Below are positions 29,361-39,209 of a DNA stretch of 64,000 nt, one piece after another. Made by a program: the position numbers and the translations under genes. Position 1 is the stretch's first letter. Each line of letters opens with the position of its first letter. The notes under the pieces are model-generated. The model was not told the DNA's origin. It worked only from the letters and a program-made list of their open reading frames with translations, and did no database searches. Origin of the DNA: Pyrinomonadaceae bacterium (GTDB lineage: Bacteria > Acidobacteriota > Blastocatellia > Pyrinomonadales > Pyrinomonadaceae); the NCBI GenBank assembly GCA_046313635.1, contig JBKBYA010000002.1, forward strand, positions 64,001 to 128,000. Reading direction: 5' to 3'.

Positions 29361-30727
29361 GAAAGTTTTTCGCCGTCGTCAAGCACGAATACAAAAAGGT
29401 CGTTCTCAAGTGGTCTTTCCTGATCGGTACGCTGATGCTGCCGATGCTCGCGGCGGTCTTTGCCGCCGTGCCTGCGATCATCTTTTCGATCGAGGGCGAA
29501 CCGACACGGATCGTGGTCGTCGACCCTTCGGGCAAGATCGAGCCGCGGCTTAGGTCGGAGCTCTCGGCCGAAGGAGCAGGCCAACGATCGAAAAAGGCGG
29601 CGACAGACTCGCTGCGCGACCTGGGCGCCTCGCAGCAGGAAAAGATGCGTCGCAGTGCGGAGCAGCTCGGCGCCGCGTTCGAATTCGTCGATCCTCCGTC
29701 GGCCCCGGCCTCGATCGTCGGCTCGGGCAGCGAGGCGATGCGGCAGGACCTCAACGCGATGATCCGCAGCGGCGAGATCGACGCCTACCTCATCGTGCCG
29801 CAGGACCCGGGCGACTCGACCGCGACATTCGAATTTCGATCGCGTAAGGCCGGCGACCCGATCATGCGCGAGAGCCTGCGCGACGCGCTCAACAATGCGG
29901 TTCGCTCGCAGCGGCTCGCCGACGCGAATATCAGCGAGCGGCACCTTGAGGAGCTGAGCTCCGAAGTGAAGCTTGACGTCAAGGGCGTCGATGTCACCGG
30001 CGAAGAGAAGAACAGCGACGGGCTGATGGTCGCATCATTCGTGATCGGATTGATGATCTACATCACGCTCGCGATCTACGGCCAGCAGATAATGGGCGCC
30101 GTCGTCGAAGAAAAGGAGACCCGGATAGCGGAGATACTCTTCTCGTCGGCGCGGCCCTTTACGCTGATGATGGGCAAGCTCGTCGGCGTCGGCCTCGCGG
30201 GCCTGACGCAGCTCGCGATATGGTTGGCCACCGCGGCCGCGCTGGTCGGCGTCATGGTCGCGCAGCCTGGCGTACGAGAGGCCGTCGGCGACGGCCTGCC
30301 GACCATCACGCCGCTTATGGTTGCGTACTTTCTGATCTTTTTTATGCTCGGCTTTTTTATCTATGCGTCAATATTTGCCTTGATCGGCTCGATGGTGACG
30401 ACCGTTCAGGAGGGAGGACAATTTGCGTTTCCGCCGGTGATGGTCCTCCTGATCGGATTTTATTTCAGCTTTGCGGTGATGCGCGATCCGGGCTCGGATC
30501 TGTCCTTTTGGGTCTCGATATCGCCGTTCTTTGCGCCGATAACGATGCCGGTCAGGATACTCGCCGAAACACCGCCGTTTTGGCAGATCGCACTTTCGCT
30601 TTTCGTCAACGCGGCCGCGATCGCAGGTCTCGTCTGGCTCGCCGCCCGGGTCTATCGCGTCGGAATGCTGATGTACGGCAAGCGAGCGACGATACCCGAG
30701 GTCTGGAAGTGGATCAGAATGAGCTAG
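29357..30727 (+). CDS. ABC-2 type exporter permease (NatB/YhaP-like)
   Basis: N-terminal TM, large extracytoplasmic loop, VVEEKETRIAEILFSSARPF.LM.GK, multiple TMs, RVYRVGMLMYGK. Confidence 0.93.
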   Translation: MRKFFAVVKHEYKKVVLKWSFLIGTLMLPMLAAVFAAVPAIIFSIEGEPTRIVVVDPSGKIEPRLRSELSAEGAGQRSKKAATDSLRDLGASQQEKMRRSAEQLGAAFEFVDPPSAPASIVGSGSEAMRQDLNAMIRSGEIDAYLIVPQDPGDSTATFEFRSRKAGDPIMRESLRDALNNAVRSQRLADANISERHLEELSSEVKLDVKGVDVTGEEKNSDGLMVASFVIGLMIYITLAIYGQQIMGAVVEEKETRIAEILFSSARPFTLMMGKLVGVGLAGLTQLAIWLATAAALVGVMVAQPGVREAVGDGLPTITPLMVAYFLIFFMLGFFIYASIFALIGSMVTTVQEGGQFAFPPVMVLLIGFYFSFAVMRDPGSDLSFWVSISPFFAPITMPVRILAETPPFWQIALSLFVNAAAIAGLVWLAARVYRVGMLMYGKRATIPEVWKWIRMS

Positions 30728-30734
30728 CGAAACG

Positions 30735-31292
30735 ATGGGGATCGAGATCGAAAAAAAATACAGGATAGACGCCGCGCTCGCCGAGCGGGTCCGTCATTCA
30801 CTGCGAGAGGCCGGGGCCGAGCGGCAGGGCGAGGTCTTTGAGGAGAACACGATCTACCGCGGCGGAGTGCTCGATGCGATAGGCGGCGTCTTTCGCATAC
30901 GGCGCATCGACGGGGGCAGGGGCATCTTTACGTTCAAACGTCGAATAGAGCACGCCTCAGATGCCAAAACACAGGTCGAACACGAGACCGAGGTCGCTGA
31001 CCCGGACGAGTTGGCGGCCATCTTGGCCGAGGCCGCCTTTGAGCCGCGTCTGGTTTACGAGAAGCGCCGCGAGACGTGGAGCTTTCGCAAGGTGGAGATC
31101 GTGATCGACGAGCTGCCGTTCGGGATGTTCATGGAGATCGAGGGCTCGCTGACCGGCATTCGCGAGGCCGAGCTCCTGCTTGATCTCGACGACCTCGAGG
31201 TCGAGCATGAAACATATCCGCGGCTGACGCTGAAACTCGGTGAAAGGCGCGAAAACATCGTCGAGGCCAGGTTCAAACGATCAACAGAGTGA
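30735..31292 (+). CDS. CYTH domain protein (class IV adenylate cyclase family)
   Basis: EIEKKY (ExExK); RIRR; YEKRRE; F.EIEG. Confidence 0.88.
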   Translation: MGIEIEKKYRIDAALAERVRHSLREAGAERQGEVFEENTIYRGGVLDAIGGVFRIRRIDGGRGIFTFKRRIEHASDAKTQVEHETEVADPDELAAILAEAAFEPRLVYEKRRETWSFRKVEIVIDELPFGMFMEIEGSLTGIREAELLLDLDDLEVEHETYPRLTLKLGERRENIVEARFKRSTE

Positions 31293-31302
31293 CCGTCGGC
31301 AG

Positions 31303-33327
31303 TTAACCCTTCTGGTTAAGCTGAAGGATCGCTCGGGTAAGGATGTCGGGGTCGAAGGGTTTCGTACAGTACCCGTCAAAGCCCGCCTCGTACGCCCGCT
31401 GCTTGTTCTCGTTCCCGGCAAACGCGCTCAGTGCAAGCGCGGGAACCTGACCGCCGACCTCAGACGGCAGTCCACGCAGCCGCCTGAGCAGCGAGTATCC
31501 ATCCTCCTCCGGCATAGCGAGGTCCGAAATGACGACGTCGGGCAGCCGGCCGCGCATCTCTGCCAGAGCGGCCATCGCCGACCGCGCCGAATCGACCGAG
31601 CGCACCTCGGCGCCCGCCTGCTCGAGAAAAAGCTGCAGCACCTCACGCGAATCCGCGTCGTCCTCGACGACGAGCAGTCTGACCCCGCGCAGCGGGCGGG
31701 CGCCTAGCTCCGCCTGAGGCGAGTCGGCGTCTTCGGCCGGGTCCTCGACCTGTTTGAGCGGCAGCCTGACGACGAATGTCGAGCCGTGACCGAGCCCCTG
31801 GCTCATCGCTTGCACCGTGCCCCCGTGCTTGCTGATCAGGATGTTTGCGATCGACAGCCCGAGCCCGAGACCGCCTTTTCTGATGTCGTTTGACGGGTCG
31901 CCCTGCGAGAATTGCTTAAAGATGTTTGGCAAGGCCTCCGGACTAATGCCTCGGCCGTTGTCGGCCACACGCACCTCGACCGTATCTTCACCGGCCGTGA
32001 GGTCGACCGTGATCCGCCCGCCGTCATCCGTGAATTTGATCGCGTTCGTGATCAGGTTGTTAAAGACCTGCTGAAGCCGGTTGGCGTCGCCGAAGACGAC
32101 AGCCTCGTCGGTGTTGAAATTGAATTCGAGATCTATATTGCGGGCCTCGGCCGCAGGCTTCTGAGCGTTGAACGACACCTTTACCACCTCGTAAAGATTC
32201 GTCGGCCGAAACTCGAGACTGATCTTGCCGGACGCCACCCTTGCTGAATCGACCAGGTCATTTATCAGCTTTGACTGAGCGCGGGCGCTGCGCTCGATCG
32301 TCTCGAGGGCGTTTCGCCGGGTTGCCTCGTCGACCTGCTTTGTCAAAAGGATCTTTGCCCAGCCGAGGATGGCATTGAGCGGCGAGCGCATCTCGTGGGA
32401 GACGAACGCAAGGAAAAAATCCTTTGCGCGGTTTGCCTCGACGGCCTCGTCGCGAGCCTTTTTCTCGAGATCGTAAACGCGAGTGAGCTCTTGCTCCGCA
32501 GTCTTCTGGCTCGTGATGCGCCGGATCGCAGCGGTCATCTTGTGCGGGCTTCCGTCCTCGTCAAAGAACGCCTTGCCCTCGGCGCAGATCCACTCAAGTA
32601 CTCCATCGGGATACACGACCCGAAACTCCTCGCCAAACTTGGCTGCACCGTCGATCGACCTGCGCAGAGAGGCCTCGAGACGTTCGCGGTCCTCAGGATG
32701 GACCGTCGAGAGCAGCACTTCCTCATTGATGCTGTCGTGACGCGAAAGGCCGAGGAGTTCGTAGACCTTTGGCGTCGCGGCCATCTCGCCGCGTTTGAGG
32801 TCCCACAGCCACAGCCCAATCTCGGCGCTCTCGGCCGCCGTTAAAAACTCGTTGACCGACGAAATGCCCGGCTCGGCCGCCGCCTCGGCCACCCTGCCCG
32901 AGACAAAGACGACCCGCGGACGGCCATCGAGGTCCAGCGGTCGAAACCGAAGCTCGACGGCGACCTTCTTTTCGGCGTTGACCCTAAAGTCGACGATCGC
33001 CTGGGTCGTGCGCCCCGCGGCCGCCTCGGCTAAGCCTGATCGGATAACGTCGGGAGTGGTGCCGGCGGACTGCCAATATACGGTTTCCGCCAACCGCTGG
33101 CCGCTGAGCATCCCTGGGTCGGTCGTCGTCTCCTCAAATACCGCTCCGCCGATAGTGATCACCCGGCCGCCGCTGTCGAGAAAGCAGTAAAAATCGAATG
33201 CGCTGTCAAACAAGCTGAGAGACGTAATGTCTAGGTCGATCGATCGGCCCGCCGGCTCTGCTCCTGTCGCTGAAGAACTGCGATACGACATATTCTTACT
33301 GCCGCTGCCTGGCCCGTTAGGTTCCAT
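31303..33327 (-). CDS. PAS-domain hybrid sensor histidine kinase/receiver
   Basis: Two PAS-like regions; H-box FLAFVSHEMRSPL; NLITNAIKFT; DNGRGI; GLGLGL; C-terminal REC VVEDD...SDLAMP...KP. Confidence 0.95.
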   Translation of the reverse strand: MEPNGPGSGSKNMSYRSSSATGAEPAGRSIDLDITSLSLFDSAFDFYCFLDSGGRVITIGGAVFEETTTDPGMLSGQRLAETVYWQSAGTTPDVIRSGLAEAAAGRTTQAIVDFRVNAEKKVAVELRFRPLDLDGRPRVVFVSGRVAEAAAEPGISSVNEFLTAAESAEIGLWLWDLKRGEMAATPKVYELLGLSRHDSINEEVLLSTVHPEDRERLEASLRRSIDGAAKFGEEFRVVYPDGVLEWICAEGKAFFDEDGSPHKMTAAIRRITSQKTAEQELTRVYDLEKKARDEAVEANRAKDFFLAFVSHEMRSPLNAILGWAKILLTKQVDEATRRNALETIERSARAQSKLINDLVDSARVASGKISLEFRPTNLYEVVKVSFNAQKPAAEARNIDLEFNFNTDEAVVFGDANRLQQVFNNLITNAIKFTDDGGRITVDLTAGEDTVEVRVADNGRGISPEALPNIFKQFSQGDPSNDIRKGGLGLGLSIANILISKHGGTVQAMSQGLGHGSTFVVRLPLKQVEDPAEDADSPQAELGARPLRGVRLLVVEDDADSREVLQLFLEQAGAEVRSVDSARSAMAALAEMRGRLPDVVISDLAMPEEDGYSLLRRLRGLPSEVGGQVPALALSAFAGNENKQRAYEAGFDGYCTKPFDPDILTRAILQLNQKG

Positions 33328-33428
33328 CTGGGTATTCGGAAAAAGAGAGAATTAAAAATAGAACACGACCCGCGCTTGCCGAGCGGGTCAGCGCTGTCAT
33401 CGCCTGATCTCAAATGCGGCCTGATCCT

Positions 33429-33578
33429 CTACAAGGTACGCCGGCCGGTGAGCAGTCGAACAATAAATACGACCAACGCCACCACCAAAAGGAGATGCAG
33501 GAAGTTTCCGAACATCTGCCCGGTCACCATTCCCAACAGCCACATCAGCAGCAGAATAACAATAATCGTTTCGAGCAT
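33429..33578 (-). CDS. lmo0937-family (DUF5670-like) 49-aa membrane protein, missed by the ORF track
   Basis: Translates MLETIIVILLLMWLLGMVTGQMFGNFLHLLLVVALVVFIVRLLTGRRTL*. Confidence 0.85.
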   Translation of the reverse strand: MLETIIVILLLMWLLGMVTGQMFGNFLHLLLVVALVVFIVRLLTGRRTL

Positions 33579-33622
33579 AAGGATGGAGATAAGGCGCACA
33601 AGGCCTTTCGAGCGGGAAGTTC

Positions 33623-33638
33623 ATCAATCTGTATGCCA
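33623..33638 (-). promoter_or_regulatory. Putative sigma-54 promoter (imperfect -12)
   Basis: Minus strand TGGCAT-ACAGA-TTGAT about 45 nt upstream of the lmo0937-family ATG. Confidence 0.45.
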
Positions 33639-33844
33639 AAGACGATCAGGTTATTAACCCTTGATTAAAGGCAGCTTACGGTTCTAGGGAAATTTTCGTC
33701 CGTACCGTTATGATACAAAATTAAATGCTGCCTATTCCGCTCTCCGGAACTATTCTAGTAATGTATCAAATATGTACACATTTTCGAAGATGGGTTTTTC
33801 CATAAATATGGTAAATACTCGGTAAAGACAGGTTGACCGCGGTG

Positions 33845-33860
33845 TGGCACAAACGTTGCC
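33845..33860 (+). promoter_or_regulatory. Sigma-54 -24/-12 promoter
   Basis: TGGCAC-AAACG-TTGC upstream of the NtrC-family gene. Confidence 0.7.
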
Positions 33861-34040
33861 GAATCTGCCGGCAGAACTCATTTTTAACTCGCGCGGCCTG
33901 CCGGCCGACGATCGTTTCCCGGTACTGAACTCGCTGCTCGAAAATCGGCATCCCACCATTCGGCGAAAGCGTCCGGGAGTATTAAATCGAAACTGAATTA
34001 CTTTGGTATCAGCGTTTCCCTTTGATGGGAAGATCAACCT

Positions 34041-35552
34041 ATGGCATATAAAGCGCTCGTTATTGACGACGACAAGGTCGCTCTCGAACTGATCTCGTTC
34101 CAGCTCCAGGCGGAAGGGTTTGAGACCGTGGTCGCCGAACGCGGCGAGACCGGGCTCGACCATGTGCGGCAGACAGAATTTGACGTGATACTCACCGACC
34201 TCAACCTTCCGGATATCTCCGGGATCGAGATGGTCAAGCGGTGCAAAGAGATCACGCCGGATACTGAGATCATCATGGTCACGGGCTTCGGCTCGATGGA
34301 AAAAGCGATCGAGGCGACCAAGGCCGGAGCGTTTCACTACGTAGAGAAACCGGTCGAGTTTGAAGAGCTCCTTTCGCTCATCCGGCGTGCCGTCGAGATG
34401 AAGCAAAAGGCGCGCGAGATCCAGGAACTCCGCGGCCGTTTGACTAGCCGTACGTCATACGAAGGCATCATCGGCGGCAGCCGCTCGATGCAGAACATCT
34501 ACGAGATCATCGAGAACGTGGCCGAGTCTGACGCCAACATTCTCATTCTGGGAGAGTCCGGTACGGGGAAAGAGGTGATCGCGAACGCGATCCACTACAA
34601 GAGCCGGCGAGCGGACAAGCCGTTTGTAAAAGTAAATTGCTCTGCGCTGCCGAAAGATCTGATCGAGTCTCAGCTGTTCGGTCACGTCAAGGGGTCGTTC
34701 ACCGGAGCGAATGCCGACAAGACCGGTTTCATCGGCCAGGCCCACGGCGGCAGCCTGCTGCTCGACGAGATCGGCGAAATGCCGATCGATCTGCAGCCAA
34801 AGCTCCTCCGGGTACTGCAGGAAAAGGTTTACTATCGGGTCGGGAGCGACAAGCCGCAGGAGGCGGATTTCCGCCTGATCTCGGCGACCAACCGCAATCC
34901 CTTTGACGCCATAAAGGACGGCAGTCTCCGCGAGGACCTCTATTACCGCATCAACACGATCGAGATCAAGATCCCGCCGCTCCGCGAGCGAATGGAGGAC
35001 GTGCCGATGCTTGCAGAGCACTTCCTTCAGATATACGCGGACAAATATCATCGCCGAAACGCGACATTCTCCGAGACCGCGTACGACCAGATGCTCAACT
35101 ACAACTGGCGCGGCAACGTCCGCGAGCTGCAGCACGCGATCGAGCGGGCGGTGCTGCTGAGCAAGTCGGGCGTCATCGAGACTCTCGACATTCCGCGAAC
35201 GTCGGACACGCCCGTCCCGATGGCACAGCTTGCCGCGGCCGTTCAAGCCAACTCCATACGTCCGGTCGTCTCGTCAGGCGGCAGCTCGTCAGCCGCTGCC
35301 TCGACGGTGAGTTCGCCCGTTCAGCAGATCGAGACCCTCGAGGATATCGGCCGTCTGATCGTGAGCAAGATCCCCGACCCGGAGGACGGCCGCGAACAAA
35401 AGGACATCTTTAACGAGCTCGAGAGCACCGTCGTTCTCGCCGCGCTGAAGCGTACGAAGGGGAACAAGCAAGCCGCCGCCCAACTGCTCGGTCTGTACCG
35501 CCCGCGCCTGTACGGAATGATCAAGCGCCACAATCTCGAAGAGAAGATATAG
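34041..35552 (+). CDS. Sigma-54-dependent response regulator (NtrC family; REC-AAA+-Fis HTH)
   Basis: REC; GESGTGKE; ESQLFGHVKGSFTGA; LLDEIGEMP; LREDLYYR; W.GNVREL; GNKQAAAQLLGL. Confidence 0.97.
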   Translation: MAYKALVIDDDKVALELISFQLQAEGFETVVAERGETGLDHVRQTEFDVILTDLNLPDISGIEMVKRCKEITPDTEIIMVTGFGSMEKAIEATKAGAFHYVEKPVEFEELLSLIRRAVEMKQKAREIQELRGRLTSRTSYEGIIGGSRSMQNIYEIIENVAESDANILILGESGTGKEVIANAIHYKSRRADKPFVKVNCSALPKDLIESQLFGHVKGSFTGANADKTGFIGQAHGGSLLLDEIGEMPIDLQPKLLRVLQEKVYYRVGSDKPQEADFRLISATNRNPFDAIKDGSLREDLYYRINTIEIKIPPLRERMEDVPMLAEHFLQIYADKYHRRNATFSETAYDQMLNYNWRGNVRELQHAIERAVLLSKSGVIETLDIPRTSDTPVPMAQLAAAVQANSIRPVVSSGGSSSAAASTVSSPVQQIETLEDIGRLIVSKIPDPEDGREQKDIFNELESTVVLAALKRTKGNKQAAAQLLGLYRPRLYGMIKRHNLEEKI

Positions 35553-35574
35553 AGGCGAACGACCGCTAAAAGCA

Positions 35575-35608
35575 AAAAGCCCTTCCGCATTACACGGAAG
35601 GGCTTTTT
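35575..35608. terminator. Bidirectional intrinsic terminator
   Basis: aaaaagcccttccg-cattaca-cggaagggcttttt between convergent genes. Confidence 0.85.
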
Positions 35609-35624
35609 GATACTGGCGCGCCGC

Positions 35625-35789
35625 TCAACGCGTCGCCCCGGGCACCGAAACCTCGACATCCACCTTCTGCTTCCGATTAGGATTCAGAAATCCGCTGTAA
35701 TAGAGAGCTCCTGCAATAATCGCGACGATAATGATCATCGCTATCGCCCAGATGAAGTTGGTACCGGTACCGTTTCCGTCGTCAGCCAT
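35625..35789 (-). CDS. 54-aa single-TM small protein, missed by the ORF track
   Basis: MADDGNGTGTNFIWAIAMIIIVAIIAGALYYSGFLNPNRKQKVDVEVSVPGATR*; SD AGGAG upstream; own sigma-54 motif and terminator. Confidence 0.75.
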   Translation of the reverse strand: MADDGNGTGTNFIWAIAMIIIVAIIAGALYYSGFLNPNRKQKVDVEVSVPGATR

Positions 35790-35839
35790 TGTTGTGTTTC
35801 TCCTGCTTTGTGATGTTGTGAAAACTACGCCTCATACGG

Positions 35840-35855
35840 TGCAACTGAAATGCCA
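35840..35855 (-). promoter_or_regulatory. Sigma-54 -24/-12 promoter
   Basis: Minus strand TGGCAT-TTCAG-TTGCA about 50 nt upstream of ATG 35789. Confidence 0.7.
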
Positions 35856-36121
35856 ATTCGGCGTTTACGGCGTTTTGGTGTGAGGTTGCCGGTTTTTACT
35901 TATATTGCGGAATTGGCGGCCGTCCTGAAGTTTGTAAAGCGGTGATCTCTGTATTCATTCGTTACGCATAAGGACCCGCGCGGAGTCGGGCCCCGTGGCC
36001 CGTTCGCTTTCAAAGGACGTAGCGAGGTCATACATTCCGGCGCTGCAAAAAGCCTTGGCTTGTGACGCGTTGAGGCCTCGATAAGCGACGCTATTTCCGG
36101 TTTACGTGCCTTCGCCGCAGT

Positions 36122-36137
36122 TGGCACACGTGTTGCA
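36122..36137 (+). promoter_or_regulatory. Sigma-54 -24/-12 promoter
   Basis: TGGCAC-ACGTG-TTGCA upstream of 36225. Confidence 0.75.
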
Positions 36138-36224
36138 CCGATGCCTTCTGCTAGAGAGTGCGCCCTACGACACTCTCTCCCTGTCCGGGCGAATTAAATT
36201 CAGACCCGTTTTATGGAGAAAATT

Positions 36225-38171
36225 ATGAAGACGAAAGCCATAGTGTTATTCACTCTGTCGCTGATCTGGTTCGCGGTCGCCGGTGTCGGCGACGCTTCGG
36301 CTCAGGTCTTTGGTTCGCGGGTGAGCAGCCGCGATTTCAATAACCTCCTTGTGAGGATCGAGACCAAGACCGACACTTTTAACCGATTGGTGGCGGGCGA
36401 TCTTGATCGCAGCACCCTGAACAATTCGAATCGCGAGGATCGCATCCTGGAGTTCATCGACGCATTCGAATCGGCGACCGACGCGCTGCGTTCGCGATTC
36501 GACTCGCGGCAGAGTGTCGATGCGGAGGTCCGCGAGGTGCTCAACCGAGCGGCCGTGATCGACGCCTTTATGCGTCGCAACGAGCTGTCGTATCAGACAG
36601 AGAGTCAGTGGACGAGCTTGCGGGCCGACCTTGATACACTTGCTCGTTACAACAACACGACCTGGAACTGGAACCAGGGCGGCACCGGCGTCGATGGGCG
36701 AGCGTACATCGCGACCGACGTCCAGCTCCGCAATCTTCTCTCGCGCATTGAGCAGAGAACCGATATTTTCAAACGGCAGGTAGACCGCGGTTTGGATCGC
36801 AGCCGTATCAACGGCACGCTTCGCGAAGACTCGATCTCTGCCTACATCACCGAGTTTGAGAACGCGACCGACCGGTTGAAAGAGCGTTTCGACAGCAGGC
36901 AGTCGACCAGCGCCGACGTTAACGACGTGCTTACCCGTGCGACCTATATTGACCAGTTCATGGGCCGCAACGATCTGCCGCGCGCGGCCGAGACACAGTG
37001 GATCAATCTGCGTTCTGACCTGAACACGCTCGCAAATTACTACCGTGTGAGTTGGAATTGGGGCCAGACTTTGCCGCCCTGGACCGCCGGAGGAACCGGC
37101 TACGGCAGCGACCGGCTTACCGGCACATACCGGTTGAATCGCACTCAGAGCGACGACGTCCCGACCGTCGTCAACCGCTCAATCGGATACTACGGTACCG
37201 CCGACCGCACGCGGGTACGGGCAAATCTCGAACGCCGTTTGAGTTCGCCGGATATGCTTGCGATAGAGCGCAGCGGCCGTATGGTGACGATCGGTTCGAG
37301 CCTCTCGCCGCAGCTGACGCTTGAGGCCAATGGCGTCGCACGCACCGAGACGAACGATCGGGGCCGCACGATCCGCACTACGGCGACGATCGCCGGCGAT
37401 TCGCTGACGATCGCGTACGAGGGCGACCGGGCAAATGATTTTTACGTGACGTTCATGCCGATCGGCAGTAATCAGCTTCGCGTTACGCGGCGCATCTATC
37501 TCGAGAATCGCAACGAGCAGGTCACCGTGACAAGCGTGTACGATCGCATCGACAATACCGCCCGCTGGTCAGACGTCGAGAACGGCCGGTGGAACAACGG
37601 CGATACCGGCAGCACGAGGTCCAACGACTTTTACGTTCCTAACGGCACGCGTTTGACCGCGGAGCTGCAGGAGCGTCTCGATTCGCGCACCGCGCAGGTC
37701 GGCGACCGCATCGCAATGCGCGTCACGTCGCCCGGCCAGTACAGCGGCGCCGTTATCGAAGGCCGCGTGATAGAGTCGCAGAGCTCGGGGCGCGTCACGG
37801 GACGTGCGGCGCTCTCGCTCGACCTCGACACGATCCGGCTCTCTAATGGTCAGACCTACCGGTTTGCCGGCTTGATCGACAGCGTTCGCACCTCGAATGG
37901 CGATACCGTCTCGGTCAACAACGAGGGTCAGATCAGAGATAACAACCAGACCACGAAGACCGTCACCCGGGCCGGTATCGGCGCGGCGCTCGGAGCTCTG
38001 ATCGGCGCCATCGCCGGCGGCGGTCAGGGGGCGGCGATCGGTGCCGCCATCGGCGCGGGAGCCGGTGCGGGAACGGTCTTTATTCAGGGACGCGACAATA
38101 TCGTCCTCGAGCAGGGGACCGAGTTCAACATCACGGCAAGCGCTCCGGCAAATGTCGGCGTTAACCGCTAA
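36225..38171 (+). CDS. Exported protein with duplicated helical domain, TrbI-like beta region and glycine zipper (YMGG-like)
   Basis: SD GGAG; signal peptide; two ~125-aa repeats (LL.RIE..TD.F...LDRS..N...RED.I...FE.ATD.L..RFDSRQS); VPNGTRL; AGIGAALGALIGAIAGGGQGAAIGAAIGAGAGAG. Confidence 0.8.
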   Translation: MKTKAIVLFTLSLIWFAVAGVGDASAQVFGSRVSSRDFNNLLVRIETKTDTFNRLVAGDLDRSTLNNSNREDRILEFIDAFESATDALRSRFDSRQSVDAEVREVLNRAAVIDAFMRRNELSYQTESQWTSLRADLDTLARYNNTTWNWNQGGTGVDGRAYIATDVQLRNLLSRIEQRTDIFKRQVDRGLDRSRINGTLREDSISAYITEFENATDRLKERFDSRQSTSADVNDVLTRATYIDQFMGRNDLPRAAETQWINLRSDLNTLANYYRVSWNWGQTLPPWTAGGTGYGSDRLTGTYRLNRTQSDDVPTVVNRSIGYYGTADRTRVRANLERRLSSPDMLAIERSGRMVTIGSSLSPQLTLEANGVARTETNDRGRTIRTTATIAGDSLTIAYEGDRANDFYVTFMPIGSNQLRVTRRIYLENRNEQVTVTSVYDRIDNTARWSDVENGRWNNGDTGSTRSNDFYVPNGTRLTAELQERLDSRTAQVGDRIAMRVTSPGQYSGAVIEGRVIESQSSGRVTGRAALSLDLDTIRLSNGQTYRFAGLIDSVRTSNGDTVSVNNEGQIRDNNQTTKTVTRAGIGAALGALIGAIAGGGQGAAIGAAIGAGAGAGTVFIQGRDNIVLEQGTEFNITASAPANVGVNR

Positions 38172-38226
38172 CCGGACGGGAGGGAGCGGCCCCAGGCCGC
38201 TCCCTTTCCGACCAACCTTTACCGAA

Positions 38227-38745
38227 ATGATCGACAACAAACTTGAAGTGGACGAGGTCGAACGTACCGCGACCTACGAGACCGCAAAGAACGAGGTCCG
38301 CGCCGATGTAGAGGACCGCATCGCTCTCGAGGCCGACCGCCGAAATGCAGCGCAGGCTCACGAGATCGAAGCCGCCGCCGACGAGATGCGACGTCAAGCC
38401 GTTGGTGAGGTGGTCGAAACCCAGCGAGATCTCGAGCGCGCACGCGCGGCAGCTCGCGTCTCGCAGATAGTCGACTATGTTTTCTTTTTGATCTACGCCC
38501 TGCTGTCGATGCGTTTGATGCTCGAGCTTTTTGCGGCGCGCGAGAGCGCGGGCTTCTTTCGCTTCGTCAAGGCGGCGACCGATCCCTTCTATTATCCGTT
38601 TCGCGGACTGATGCCGAGCCTCTCGACGGCCGACGGTTTTACGCTCGTCCTCTCGCTTGTAGCGGCGATCGTGGCGTACATGCTGCTGCATCTCGCGATC
38701 AATGGCTTTTTGCGGATGATCGCCCATCGCAAGGTGGCGGTATGA
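38227..38745 (+). CDS. YggT-family membrane protein with N-terminal coiled coil
   Basis: FV...TDPF..PFRGL motif between TM helices. Confidence 0.65.
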   Translation: MIDNKLEVDEVERTATYETAKNEVRADVEDRIALEADRRNAAQAHEIEAAADEMRRQAVGEVVETQRDLERARAAARVSQIVDYVFFLIYALLSMRLMLELFAARESAGFFRFVKAATDPFYYPFRGLMPSLSTADGFTLVLSLVAAIVAYMLLHLAINGFLRMIAHRKVAV

Positions 38746-38833
38746 ATTTGCTTGAAATTTGTTTCGGATGGGCGTAGATAGAAGTTGAGTATTTTTCCCC
38801 CTAAGCACTTTGGATGAAAAAGAGGTGAGAATT

Positions 38834-39115
38834 ATGGGAGATATGATCTGGCAGTTGATCGTTGGGTTGATCGTCGGAGTGTTGGCTCGGCTGCTGCTGC
38901 CGGGACGCGAAACGGCGTTTCCGGAAGGGGCGCTCGGCTGGCTGCTCACCGCGCTTCTGGGCGTGGCGGGAGCATTCTTGGGCGGAGTGATCGCACGGGC
39001 CCTTTGGGCCGGGGCCGATTACACCGCGGGCTGGATAATGTCTATCCTCGGTGCGATCCTGCTGCTCTTGGCGGTCCGTTTCATCTTTGGGCGCAGCCGT
39101 GCGACGACGGTCTGA
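38834..39115 (+). CDS. GlsB/YeaQ/YmgE family stress-response membrane protein
   Basis: LIVGLIVGVLARLLLPG...LLGVAGAFLGG...SILGAILLL. Confidence 0.9.
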   Translation: MGDMIWQLIVGLIVGVLARLLLPGRETAFPEGALGWLLTALLGVAGAFLGGVIARALWAGADYTAGWIMSILGAILLLLAVRFIFGRSRATTV

Positions 39116-39144
39116 CCCCACATTACAGACCAATTACAGATCAG

Positions 39145-39183
39145 CGGGCCCCGACAGTTTGCGTCAAACTGTCGGGGCCCGCG
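39145..39183. terminator. Long inverted repeat between convergent genes
   Basis: gcgggccccgacagtttg-cgt-caaactgtcggggcccgc. Confidence 0.7.
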
Positions 39184-39209
39184 TCTTGTAGTCGAGATCC
39201 CTTAGGCGT

